Source of the DNA: Utricularia gibba
Taxonomy: Eukaryota > Plantae > Magnoliophyta
Assembly (NCBI GenBank): GCA_002189035.1
Contig: NEEC01000014.1
Span: 2,480,001 to 2,544,000, forward strand
Reading direction: 5' to 3'
Length of the DNA stretch: 64,000 bases
Numbering within the stretch: position 1 is the stretch's first letter; each line of letters begins with the position of its first letter. Below, in pieces: positions 1 to 12,417 of the stretch. A program made the position numbers and the translations under genes. The notes below the pieces were generated by a model, which was not told the DNA's origin, did no database searches, and saw only the letters and a list, made by a program, of their open reading frames with translations.

Positions 1-3000
1 ACATGTGCAACGACGTATCACTACCTTTCACAAGCATGTGTTTCTATCATGCATTTGATTCATAAGCATGATTTTGTTGTCACCCCTTTAGCTGATGCTG
101 TTTTTGGGGCAGAGAAAAAATACTCTGATGGAAGTCTGGCTATCTCTCTCATCAGGGAAATAGGAAGAACAAACCCAAAGGACTATGTAAAGGACACAGT
201 TGGTGCGGAAAATATTGGTCGCTTTCTCGTAGAATTAGCACACAGATTGCCAAAATTGTTCTCCACTAATATAGGGTTATTAGTTTCGCACTTTGGTGGA
301 GAATCCTACAAGATCAGGAATGCACTTGTGGGAGTGTTGGGAGAGTTAATTGCAAAAGCATTTACTGATGCCGAAGGTGAAGTTAATTCTAAATCCATTC
401 GTCTTCGAACAAAACAGGCCATGCTTGAAATCCTCTTGGAGCGATGTCGTGATGTCTCTGCTTATACAAGGAGCCGAGTTCTTCAGGTTTGGACTGATTT
501 GTGTGAGGGCCTTTCAATACCAATAGGTTTATGGAATGAGGTTGCAACCGTGGCCTCTGGGAGGTTGGAAGATAAGAGTGCAATAGTGAGAAAGTCAGCT
601 TTAAATTTGCTTATCATGATGCTTCAGCATAACCCGTTTGGACCCCAACTTCGAGTGGCTTCCTTTGAGGCAACTTTGGAACAGTACAAGAAGAAATTGA
701 ATGAGTTAATTCCCACCCAAAATTTAGATTCACAACTACCATCAGAGAGTGGTGATTCTGGTGTGCATAGTGAGCTTGTTGCTGAAGAGTTTGAGGTGGA
801 CTCCAAGATTCAGGAGAGCTTGACTGACAGCTGCTTGCCTCCAATGGAAAATGAAGTGCCTGCTTTGGATGATTCCGTACCTGATATTGGAAGTATGGAG
901 CAAATCCGAGCTTTGGTCGCATCATTGGATGCTGGATTAAGTTTCTCAAAATGTATGTCTGCTACAATGCCCACTCTCGTTCAGTTAATGGCATCTCCAA
1001 CCTCAAGTGATGTGGAAAATACTATTCTTTTGCTCATGAGATGTAGGCAATTTCATGTTGATGGATCAGAAGCCAGCTTACGCAAGATGCTCCCTCTGGT
1101 AATTTCTGGCTCGATAATCAGCTATAACTTAGGATTTGCTTTGCGGATTTTGGTTTGGCCATATTCTTTCCTTATGATCATGCAACACTTTGATTTTTTT
1201 AAGGACTATGATTATCCTTTGTACGTCTTCAGGTATTTTTTCAAGATAAATCAGTGTATGAAGCCGTTGAAAATGCTTTCATTACAATCTATTTGAGGAA
1301 GGGTTCAGTGGAAAGTGCTAGGAACCTTTTGAATCTTGCAGTAGATTCAAATATAGGTGATCTCGCTGCTCTTGAATTCATAGTTGGAGCTTTGGTATCC
1401 AAAGGTCACATTTCTGCAAGCATGGTAAGTTTTACTGCTGTAATAGGCATAATGTGAAAGTTGGTATCAAGATACGGTACAGTAATTTTACTGAGAACAG
1501 TTATAAAAGATTTTACCAAGCATTTCCTATTTGTGATTTATTGTGTTTGCTCATCTTGTCTAGTTAGCAGCACTATGGGATTTTTTTTGCTTTAATATCA
1601 GTGGAACTACTGCCCAGCAAAGTCGTGGCGCATTATCAGTGCTGTGCATGGCAGCTAAGTTGTCCCCTCATATTCTCGGTTCTCACCTACAACACATCAT
1701 TGATATTGGTTTTGGTCGTTGGGCGGCAGTGGAGCCTTTGCTTGCTAGAACAGCATCATTAGCACTCCAGCGGTTGTCTGAAGAAGATAAAATGAAGTTG
1801 CTAACAAGTAACGGAAACCGTGTCATTGGTATTCTTGAAGACTTAGTGTGTGGTTTTTCACTTCCAGACAATATTTGGTATGCAGCTGCAAACGAAGCAA
1901 TAGCTGCTCTATATGCTATCCATACCTCTCCTGAAACAGTAGGTGCAGATTTAGTGAAAAGATCCCTGAAGTCTCTGTTTCCTTCCAGTGAGGGTGAAAT
2001 ACAAACTGACATTGGATCTCTCAGTTATCATATACTGGAAACTGTCAATGTTTCATACCTCAGCAGATTTTTGTTCATTCTCAGTGATGTTGCCATGAAC
2101 CATCTCATCTATGTGGAATCATCTATTCGAAAGATTCAGAAAGCAAAGTCGAGGAATGAGAAAAAGACTCATGGTGTGAATGTAGATGCGAATGATGCAT
2201 CTGATCCGAGAAAGGTGACAAGACTAAATAAAAGACATCTGGACCAACTAGCAAAAGTATTTTGATTTCATCCAGTTTAATTTTTTATCTTCAGGATGAC
2301 TCCCTCAATGTAGAGATTGGTCTCGCCGCTTCTGAAGATTTATTTCTTGATAATTTAGCTGGAACAGCTGAGAAGGAGATTGTTTCTGGTCATTCTGCTA
2401 AAAAGAACTTGATTGGACTTTGCGCTCCATTTTTGTCTATGTTGTGTCGGAACTTCAGTCTAATGCACAAGGTGATAATCGTAAGATTATCATTCTCGTT
2501 TCTGGCCTGGGCTTCTCCCCTTTTATCATTTCTTTCTTTGTTGAAAAGCTGAGAAATTGTTTTATTTTATTACTGAAATCCTTGGTTTGTTGTTTTTATT
2601 CTTTTCCTATATTCATATTTTTTAATGATAATCTTAAATGATGTCTTAGAACCCTCAGCTACAAGCATCTGCGACGCTCGCTCTAACCCGTTTAATGATC
2701 ATTGATGCTGAATTTTGGTAAACAAGAACACATTATTTATGGTACCATGCTTCATTTTGTATTGAATTGACATTTGTGTTTCTTGTTTAGCGACAAGCAT
2801 CTTCAGCTGCTCTTTACCGTCGTGGAGAATGCACCATCAGAAATTGTTCGTTCAAACTGTACAATAGCCCTTGGAGATTTGGTAGCTCGTTTTCCTAACC
2901 TGTTAGAGCCGTGGACTGAGAATATATATGCTCGTCTTAGGGATCAATCGACATCAGTGAGGAAAATTGCTGTATTGGTTCTTTCTCACCTTATTTTGAA

Positions 3001-4618
3001 TGACATGATGAAGGTATTGGCTACTCCTCATTTTCCATTGTTGTTGACTAAATCTGCAGAACTTATGTTGGTCACTGACTTCAGGTGAAAGGTTATATTA
3101 ATGAAATGGCCTTGCGGTTAGAAGATGAAGATGAAAGAATTTCGAGTTTAGCTAAGCTCTTTTTTCATGAACTATCTAAAAAAGGTGAGCTTAGTCATTA
3201 TCGTCTATCTCCATGGGGAAAAATCGCATTTTTCCATATTACTTCTAGATCATGAAAGATAACTTGATACTCTGATACTTGTAGGAAGCAATCCTATATA
3301 TAATCTGCTCCCAGATATGCTTGGAAAGTTGTCCTGCCAAAACTTGAAGGAAGAGTCCTTCTGCAACATTATGCAATTTTTAATAGGCTCAATAAAGAAG
3401 GTATATCATTCTTAGCATCTCTCATTCATTAGCCTTATTGTATGCTGATGTATGGTAAATTTTCAGGATAAACAAATGGAGTCTCTTGTAGAAAAGCTGT
3501 GCAATAGGTTCACTGGTGTCTCTGGTATTTCATTAACTTCCTTGTAGTTTTAATTCTGCAAAATATGTATGGATTACGTATAACCTTTTTCTTGTTCTCT
3601 TGAACAGATGTTAGGCAATGGCAGTATATTTCTTATTGCCTCTCCCAGCTAGCATTTACAGAAAGGAGCATACGGAAGCTTATGGACTTATTTAAGACAT
3701 ATGCACATATCTTATCTGAGGACACTGTTGTCGATCATTTAAAAAACATAATTAACAAGGTGGTAGCTGGTGACAGATCCCGTCTAATGTTTCGCTTATC
3801 CTGGGTTATGAGACTACTCAATATTGATTTGCACGTCTGTGCATATGTTTACAAACCCAGGTAAAAAAGTTTGCGAAGCCGGAAATGAAGGCAAGCGTTG
3901 AAGAATTTGAGGAGAAGATAAACAACTACCATCTTGAAAAGAAGGAGCAAGTTCAGACCGAGCGGAATGCACAAGCACATAAAGAGAAAGTTGGTCAATT
4001 GGGAAATTTGGTTGAAACGAAGACAGAAGTAGAGGAGAGTGATGAATCAGAAATTACAGAAGGTACGTAGCTTTTTATTTGTCAGAGTCAGCAATTTGGT
4101 GTTTGCGGTGTGTTACGTGGCAATGTTAAATTAAATCTTGTCATTCATTCTTGAATGGCAGATTTTTTTTTTTTTTTTTTAATGTAGCTTGATCAAAACA
4201 TGGGTTTCAAGTTTCATATGCTGCTCTGCATACCAGAAGCTTTCTTCAGTTTGGTTCTGCTTTCATGTTCTTCTTATAGTTGCACATGAAGAAAGATACA
4301 TTTCATTTTGTCACCTTCCTATATCGGTGTAACTTGCCCTGTTATAACTGGTGCTGGTAAACCAACAGATGGCGAAGAAAGCTTGAAGAATGTGAACCCG
4401 TGTTCGCATTCCAGATTTCCCACAAAATCAAGGTCGTCATCAGGTGCTTCGACCTTGGAAATGGACGAAGATGAAGTTCAATCACCTTGTACTGATCGAA
4501 AAGGTCTCACAAACTTGAAACATGTGTTCATTTGTGGCTCGAATGCTCACCGTTATGGCTGTTTGCAGGTGCCTCTAGATCCAGCATGAACAAAAGTTGC
4601 AGAAATGTCTCAAAGTGA
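1..4618 (+). CDS. CAP-D2: Condensin complex subunit 1 (CAP-D2/Cnd1), 5'-truncated by the window edge, about 12 exons in the window
   Basis: The frame is open from base 1. HEAT-repeat/Cnd1 motifs (RDVSAYTRSRVLQVW, VRSNCTIALGDL, FPNLLEPWTE, VKGYINEMA, NPIYNLLPD) are joined through GT-AG introns (e.g. 1099-1232, 1425-1563). Stop TGA at 4616-4618. Confidence 0.93.
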
Positions 4619-5346
4619 GACGCCAACTAGAAGAAAAACAAAAGCAGCCAGCCCCTTTCCACCCACATGTGAGTGTACGCTGATAAATTGTAGTAATCGT
4701 AGGTTTGTTTGATCCAGTTTACCGACCTAGTTAAAATCTTAGATCAAACCAGACTTCTAATGAGGGATTGAATACTTGAGAGTCTGGGTCCATGTTACAA
4801 TAATACCTTGTATGTTGGGACTTGTGTAAAATGCCCTCGTGATGTTTCCTACCCTTGGAACCACTTTGAATTCTGCCACCACCTAATTGGGCAAGCTGCT
4901 GCAGATATCTGTTGTGAGTCCTCTAGCTTGTGGAAAGACATCTCTTGCAAGCAGTTAGTTACATAGTCCGTGCAGGTTAACCGCCGGAGGTGTAACGTAC
5001 CCTTGATAAAACATGGGGCGAGAATGGCTGGTTACCTTATCAAGGGCTAATGAACGAAAATTTTCAATATCAAGAAGCGCGTAGGTTTCTCAAATCGAAA
5101 AATCTAAAAGCATGATATTCTCAAAAGGGTGTCATCCAAATTAATAAAAGTATTGCTAAAATTGGTATTTAATGAAAATTGATGAGAATAAAGTTAATAA
5201 CATGTATAAATATTTAAAAAAATATATTTGCTAGTATTATCGTCCATGTTTATTAACATATTTTGTATGCCTTCGCATTCCCATGCAACATGAAGCATTC
5301 CAAACCAAAACTTGTTTTTTTTCAAAAAGGTATATGGAAAATTGAT

Positions 5347-5364
5347 AAAAAAAAAATTTGAAAA
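5347..5364 (-). terminator. Pol III oligo-T terminator of tRNA-Phe
   Basis: T4 and T10 runs on the minus strand immediately 3' of the tRNA. Confidence 0.7.
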
Positions 5365-5371
5365 GAGAGTT

Positions 5372-5398
5372 TGCGGTGAGCGTGGATCGAACACGCGG

Positions 5399-5439
<41 letters not shown>

Positions 5440-5444
5440 CCCGC
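5372..5444 (-). tRNA. trnF-GAA: tRNA-Phe(GAA)
   Basis: Reverse complement reads GCGGGGATAGCTCAGTTGGGAGAGCGTCAGACTGAAGATCTGAAGGCCGCGTGTTCGATCCACGCTCACCGCA: cloverleaf, GAA anticodon, A and B boxes. It matches the recalled plant cytosolic tRNA-Phe except C47. Confidence 0.97.
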
Positions 5445-5535
5445 TGATGGTCAAAGTAACTTTACATTTAAAATATCTAATGTACATCTGTCAAACCAAT
5501 CAACATCCACCTCCCAACCGGCGGTCGACGCAAAA

Positions 5536-7586
5536 ATGGCGGCAATTATTCCTTCAGCTACATTCGTCTGTAGAGGTCCGTTATCATTTTTGTTGCTGCA
5601 TCAGCAACCAAATTCTATTCGCTCGATGAATTTTTCATACATGCTGCAATATCTTCGTTTATGATGAATGATACGTAACACTGCGACATTGGGAGTTGCA
5701 GATTGCTCCGATGCGATTTGGAAAGTCCCGTCCTCAGACAGACGCTATGCTGTGAAAGCAATGCTTGCGCAAACGTGTGCTTCGATTTTTCAGAGTAAGA
5801 AGGTATGGATATGGACAGAAAAGAAGGAAGTGATGATGTTCGCTCTTGAGAGGGGATGGGATACTGTTATTTTCCCCCCTGGCCGCCGCGAACTCGCCGC
5901 TGAGTGGTCCTGTAAATTGATTTTGGTGCTGCGAGTTTTGACGTTTAACCCTAGCATCCTCTTAATGTCGTTGGTTCTTTGCATTTGATTTCTCCAGCGA
6001 TTGGATTGTTAACTCCTCTGTTCATTGAAGAGGGAAGAATTTGTGATAGCGAAGAAAAACAAATTGCCACTATTACTGAGGTTTCATCACTGGAGCATCT
6101 TGAGGAACTCCCATTTTTGAATGAGGAAACAGGAATTATTGTTGTTGATTTCCTGGAGTGGAAGGTTTGTTACTTTTTCCTTCACTTCTTTTTATGTTTT
6201 TCTTTAGTTGTATGATTTCATTTTCTTGTTGGATCATGTAACTCTTTTAGTTGTTTCATAAGAACCACAAGTCAGTTGCTTTACATTGATACTCACTCCT
6301 ACATGGATCCTCCAGGCCATACCTGCTGAAAATATTGTTGCAGCCGTTCAGGGCACCAAAAAATCGATTTTGGCAGTTTCTAGGACATCTGCTGAAGCTC
6401 AAATGTTTCTTGAGGTACATTCTTCATTGGTGGCTTCTTTAAACGTTTTTCCAGCTTAAGGATTCATTCTTGTTTGCTGATTTCGTCTACTTCACAAGGC
6501 CTTGGAGCAAGGTTTGTCTGGTGTCGTTTTGAAAACAGAAGATGCTGCCACCATCTTACAGCTGAAGGTAGTAAAATTCTGGCTTCCCCCATGGTGTGAT
6601 TAATAGGATGATACCAATCTCCATAATTCAGGACTACCTTGACAAACGAACCACTGAGGGTAGTCTCTTGGAATTGACCAGAGCAACTGTAACCAGCATT
6701 CAAGCTGTTGGAATGGGTGACCGTGCCTGTGTTGATCTCTGCAGTCTGATGAGACCCGGTGAAGGGCTTCTGGTTGTGTTTCACATCCCATATCACAATG
6801 TTTTTCTCATTTCTTGACTCTCTTACGTAACTAGTATGTCATGAAAGGTCGGATCGTTCGCGAGAGGGCTATTTCTCGTGCATTCTGAATGCTTGGATTC
6901 GAACTACATTGCCAGCCGGCCTTTCCGAGTAAACGCGGTGGGTGCAAATTCATAGGACCAGTGCTATTATGTGTGTATATATATATATATATATATGAGA
7001 TCTTTACAGTAGTTGTGGTTCTGAAATGTGTTTCAGGGACCTGTTCATGCATATGTTGCTGTTCCGGGGGGAAAACCAGCTACCTTTCAGAGTTGGAAAC
7101 TGGGAAATGTGTGATGGTCGTCAACCATAATGGAGTGGTGCGCAATGCTACTGTTGGCAGGGTGAAGATCGAAACAAGACCATTGATCCTCATTGAGGCG
7201 AAGGTTCCTAGTACCTTTTTTCCTGTCCATTGATTCTTGAGAAATCTAAGTATCAAACTAGGGATAGATACCTCTTTGTGCCCATACAGACAGGTCAGGG
7301 GAACCCACAAACTTGCAGCATTCTGTTGCAGAATGCCGAAACCGTTGCTCTCGTGGCACCGGCTGAAGGCAAGTGCTGCATTCTGTTCACTCATTTTTCT
7401 TTTCTATGATTCGCAAACTGCATTCTCTTGTGGTTGTTCCTGAGTGATCGATCGATCGCAGCAGGGAATTCGCATAGGACGATTCCAGTAACATCCCTGA
7501 AGCTGGGCGATGAAGTTCTGGTGAGACTACAAGGTGGCGCCCGGCATACTGGCATTGAAATCCAGGAATTCATTGTTGAGAAATGA
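5536..7586 (+). CDS. 3-dehydroquinate synthase II homolog (AroB'-type), plastid-type N-terminus; one apparent -1 frameshift at 7066-7075
   Basis: Motifs [91 protein letters not shown]. About 10 exons; the last intron is GC-AG (7369-7464). Confidence 0.88.
6976..6996. repeat. (TA)n microsatellite in a DHQS-II intron
   Basis: Run of TA dinucleotides seen directly. Confidence 0.9.
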
Positions 7587-7630
7587 GCTGTCGCTTCTTG
7601 TCACAGGCTCACAGCTTAGAATTAATGAGC

Positions 7631-7716
7631 CTATTATTGGGCCTTATTATGGGCCGAAAGAATTTCATGGGTCTAATTGAGTAGATGAGGTGTTCTATCG
7701 TGCATCCATCCACGTG
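7631..7716 (+). promoter_or_regulatory. Two site-II motifs (TGGGCC) and a G-box (CACGTG, 7711-7716) upstream of the PYE-like bHLH
   Basis: Motifs seen directly. G-boxes in PYE promoters are known targets of bHLH IVc iron regulators. Function here is inferred. Confidence 0.45.
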
Positions 7717-8028
7717 TAAGAAGTAGGAAGGGAGCGCGCGGGTCGCTAGTGGGCATGGCTGCACCATCACACCGACGCCCTTGTTGCCGCACGAGTCTTC
7801 TCCAAAGACGATCCCGCCCCTGTTCGTGTTCCAATCCCCGAGGGTACTGTCGTCTTTTCTGGAATCAAGAACCCCTGGCCCCATCGAACGTCTTCCGTCG
7901 TCCACACTCCGGCGCGTGTCATGCCACCGCAATGATCTAATCTACCTCCTTTCCTCTTCTTCTTAGCCGGAGGCTTACATTCCCGTTTGTAGGGAGGAAC
8001 TCCTGGTGTGTGTCTGCTTGTGTACCTT

Positions 8029-8871
8029 ATGACCGCTTCTGAATCCGCTAGCGACGCCGCCGGAGGGTGCCGACGGTGTGCCTCTGTTTTTAAATTAGGC
8101 ATTTCTTGTCCATTTTAACTTAGTCCTCGAAAACCTCGTTGATTCCAGCACCAGGAATTCTGAGAAAACAACACCCAGAAAAGTTAATAAAGCAGCGAGG
8201 GAGAAGAAGAAACGGGATCAAATCAACGAGTTGTTCTTCAAGCTTGGCGCTTCACTGGGCATGTTTTTTATTCGATTTGAATTCAGGCGTCTTTTATGTT
8301 TCTCTCTGATTGAAAAAAAAAAGATCAGTTAGCTTTCTGGGATTTGCAGCACTCGATCATTCCTCCCATGGAAAGGATTCACTACTGAAGGAGACGATGC
8401 GCATCCTGAAACACCTTCGTTGCTTGGTTGACAGTCTCCACAAGGATAACGCCTCCCTTGTCTCCGAATTCAACTACGTAAGATTTTGCTATTTAATTTC
8501 TCCATGAAAAAACTTCTGTCTGCAACTTGATCTCATTTTTATTTGCCGTCGCAGATTGAAATTGAGAAAAATGAGCTCGCGGAGGAAGTTAATCAGCTCA
8601 AGACTGCGGTGCAAATGCAGAAAAAGAGCCTGAATTGTTATAGCAACAATCTTTCAGTTTTGAACAAAGAGGCGGCGGCGGCGGCGGCGCTTCGGTCCTA
8701 TCTCTCGCCGATGAATCTCGAAGATTCCACCGGAGGGATGTCCCGGCGAAGGTGACTAAGCCGTACCCCAAGTACCCATCGGATTCCTGGCCTTCCCAGA
8801 TCCTCGAACAGCACCCTTCTGCACTTGAGATTTTCGACACGCCAGAGGAGAGTGTGGTTTGATCTACTCGT
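8029..8871 (+). CDS. bHLH47/POPEYE-like transcription factor (subgroup IVb); apparent -1 frameshift in the last exon
   Basis: ATG at 8029; introns 8076-8148, 8259-8349 (GC-AG) and 8478-8554. bHLH-ZIP sequence RKVNKAAREKKKRDQINELFFKLGASL...GKDSLLKE...EKNEL. The PYE C-terminal motif VTKPYPKYPSDSWPSQIL lies in a shifted frame ending TGA at about 8871; the unshifted frame stops at 8755. Confidence 0.8.
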
Positions 8872-9283
8872 GTAGCAATTGACCTTGGAATATGTTTTTT
8901 CTTTAGTAGTAACGTATCTGTCATGTATCGCTATTGCATGAATAGTATGTTGATTTTCTTTGTATTCCCTGTATATTTATGACTGAAAATATATTTAATA
9001 AATATTTTATTTAACCGATTTAGGTCCCTCCCTCAATGATATGAGGCTGATGGTGGTTCGGAACTTCTAGGTGATGATGATACTTGTATCAAATTCGAGT
9101 ATTGTCTTTGAGCATCACTTGTCTTAAAAAAAAGCTCAAGTAGGTGGGTGTTTATTATATTATACACAGTACACACTGCTTGATAAGAAAATCAAGCACC
9201 ACATCTACATGCAACTGAAAGTAAAAACACACACCCAGATGGGGCGGGGCATGCATCCCTTCCAGCTTCAACCGACCTGGGTC

Positions 9284-9715
9284 TCAAGAAATCCTGCAGC
9301 AATGAAAATGTTTTGATTTGATATTTATTGGACACCAAGATAACCGCTAGCGTGTATGGAGAGTTGTGTTGGACTAACTGATTGCAGTCGGTGTTGGCCG
9401 CTACGGGTGCGCCGATGCTGACACCACATTTTCCGGCAAGGTTTGCCGCAGCGTCGCTCTGTATGCCGTAGCTGGAGGCAGCCGATTTGAGGCAGTAGCA
9501 TGCGGTCTGCTTGTCTTCCTGGGACTGAATACTTCTGGCCAGGCTCCGGACTCCCTCGCAACATGACTGTGGCGGCTGACCCCCGCTGGTTAGGTAGGTC
9601 ATGCAGGGCAACATGCTTCCCTGCACGGTGCCGCAGGAGATGGCCTCCAGGGGGCCGCCTGGAAGAAGGCCATGAGAGCCACCACGAGAACGAATGCCCT
9701 CGCCAGCCTCTTCAT
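9284..9715 (-). CDS. Non-specific lipid-transfer protein type 1; apparent -1 frameshift at 9650-9654
   Basis: Signal peptide MKRLARAFVLVVALMAFFQAA, then the 8-Cys pattern (C..C..CC..CxC..C..C) in the next frame. Typical late intron 9294-9378; the protein ends DCNQIS*. Confidence 0.88.
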
Positions 9716-10468
9716 ACTAATGCTAGGTGATGCTGATTGAAGCTGATGGGTACCACCATACATATACGCGAGATCCCCAACTGTGCAGCCTGAATTCAGT
9801 TTGTATTTTAGCTGGCATTCAATGAACACTGACAATTGGTTGGGTGGGAGGTGCAGCCCTTCACCGTCTCCCCCACAAAGATCTCTAAATCCTCGCCCCA
9901 CTCACTAACCAACGCACTTATTGAAGATCGCCATCCTGCCCCATCAAACCCATCTCAACTCCGAGATGTTTTCTCATCATCATCTTCTGTTAGAAGGTGA
10001 AAAGAAGAACCGATCAGCATGAATGCACCCAGAAGCAAAATTGGAAGGGGGAGATGGATACCACTTGTGTGATTTCCCAATGCATCGGTTTGGTTTGGTT
10101 TAGACCTCACCGGAGAAGCTTTCTGGTACTTGAATGCCACGCTTCACTGAAAAGTAGCTTTCACCTGGGCTTGTGGTCCAAATCGCGAACCCTGTCCCTG
10201 ACAAATGCAGATGCCAACGAATCAGTAACGACTGCATCTTCTGGGATCGGGGAAAAAAAAAAAGAAAAGAAAAGCTTCATGGGGGCCTCATAAAATAATT
10301 TATAATTTATTTATTGTTTATTTTTTTATGGTACGCTGTGGGAAGAACTGGTCTAGAAGGACAAGGAACATCACTCTCAAGATTCAGTGGATAAAACGCC
10401 AGGGAAAGCATGCAGGATTGGAGAGTGAGTCCAACGCCTGGGAATTTCATCTTTCACGGGCTCCTCTG

Positions 10469-12243
10469 ATGCTTTTGGGATCTCTATTCCCCAGTCCCCG
10501 AAGAAGATCCGGATCACCGGATCCAATGGGAAGCTTCTCGACGTCGCCACCGCCATCCAAACAAGACGCCGGCGACGATGCCTCCGCCATCGACATTCCT
10601 CTGTTGGAACACCAGCGCCTCCGCCATACCTCGGGATTTTCTTTCGGCAACACGTCCTTCTTCAAAACCTGCTTCAATGGCATTAACGCCCTATCAGGTA
10701 CATCAACAGAGTTATCTGTAGGTATTAATGCTTTCGAGTTTCAATTCGGTGGTCATCTAGGATTTGTGTCCTGCTGCTGGCTGCGATGTCCTCTTTCCTT
10801 AAACATGGAAGGACACCATTAATGACTTCTCCAAATGCTCGCACAGTTTTGTCGGTGTAGCAACCCTATGGGCATTACTTAATTAACCACGTGGTGGATA
10901 AACATCAATGATCAATCCTCCATCTTTGACATTCCTGGAAAAAGAAAAAGAAAATCTTCTCATTTCTTTGTCTGCATTGATACGCTTTCTAGTGATTCCA
11001 AGGTGTTTTTGTTATCTATCAGGGGTAGGAATTTTGTCCGTACCTTATGCTCTGGCATCAGGAGGGTGGATCAGTTTGGCACTTTTCTTCCTCATAGCTG
11101 GATGCACATACTGCACAGCCCTAATAATCAAAAAATGTATGGACATGGACACCAGCATACTAACTTTCCCTGATATCGGTGATCGAGCATTCGGGCCAAA
11201 TGGCAGAAGGTTCGTATCTCTGGTGATGAATGTGGAGCTTTATATGGTGGCAACAGGCTTCTTGGTTCTGGAAGGGGATAATTTGCAGAACTTGTTTCCA
11301 AATATGGGATATGAAGTCATGGGGTTTCACATCACTGGGAAGCAGACCTTTGTTGTTCTTGTAGGCCTGGTTATGCTGCCTGCTGTCTGGCTGGACAATA
11401 TGAGCATTCTTTCATATATTTCCGCGAGTGGAGTCATAGCTTCATTCATCCTCGTTTGCTCTATTTTCTGGGCTGGAGCATTTGATGGCATTGGATTTCA
11501 TGAAAAGGGGATTCCCTTGGATACTAGAGGGATTCCCACAGCTGTCAGCTTGTATGCCTTCTGTTACTGTGCTCATCCTGTTTTCCCAACACTGTACGTT
11601 TCAATGAAGGACCAAAAGAAGTTCTCCAAGGTAATAAATCTGTAAAGCTGAAGCATTTGTGATCTTTCTCTGTCACATAGAAATTAATGGAGATGCAACT
11701 CAACTATTTTTTCAGGTTCTTTTCCTCTGCTTCGTTGTCTGCACGGCAAGCTATGCTGCTGTTGCAATACTGGGATACCTAATGTTTGGCTCCCATCTTG
11801 AATCCCAGATTACCTTGAATCTTCCTGTACACAAAATAAGCTCAAGAGTGGCAATCTACACAACCCTTGTGAACCCCCTGGCTAAATATGCTCTGATGGT
11901 GAAACCAATAGTTACCGCTCTTGAAAGCAGGTTTGTGATCAACCCAAACAAAGGACTCAGCATATCTATTAGGAGTTTTCTAGTAATAAGCACAGTTGCC
12001 ATGGCTCTGGCGATTCCATTTTTCGCATATCTTATGTCCTTCGTAGGCGCACTTTTAAGTGTAACAGCCTCAGTTATCATTCCCTGCTTGTGCTTCATGA
12101 AGATATCAGGCATTTACAGGAGATTCGGGCTGGAGCTGATGTCTGTCTGGGGCATTTGTTTGATTGGTTTGTTCATCCTCGTTGTAGGCACTTACACTTC
12201 ACTGCGTGACATTATTTCAGAATTTCAGAACGTAGCAAAATAG
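10469..12243 (+). CDS. AVT1: Vacuolar amino-acid transporter, AVT1 family (AVT1I/J-like)
   Basis: TSFFKTCFNGINALSG/VGILSVPYALASGGW, FCYCAHPVFPTLY, YTTLVNPLAKYAL. Three exons (donors at 10698 and 11631). The start could be 10469 or 10526. Confidence 0.9.
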
Positions 12244-12417
12244 ATCTGCCCTGTGTTCGACCGAAAACGAACCCCATGTTGCTGTTGCATTTGCTAGATT
12301 TCAGCATCTGTAAATCTTTCGAATGTTGTTGAATTGCTTTGAGAGCGCAGCACGTTTTCGTTATGTTACTTCCACCACTGCTAGTGTTAGCTCACTTCGA
12401 AAAACAGGATTCACTAT

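Noticed and set aside
5000-5046. 10-bp inverted repeat CCCTTGATAA / TTATCAAGGG
   Set aside because: It is short with unmatched flanks and has no TSD or other support.
7767-8102. 111-aa minus-strand ORF with a KKKRK stretch
   Set aside because: It overlaps bHLH exon 1 and its leader in antisense and has no recognisable domain; GC-rich DNA gives such ORFs by chance.
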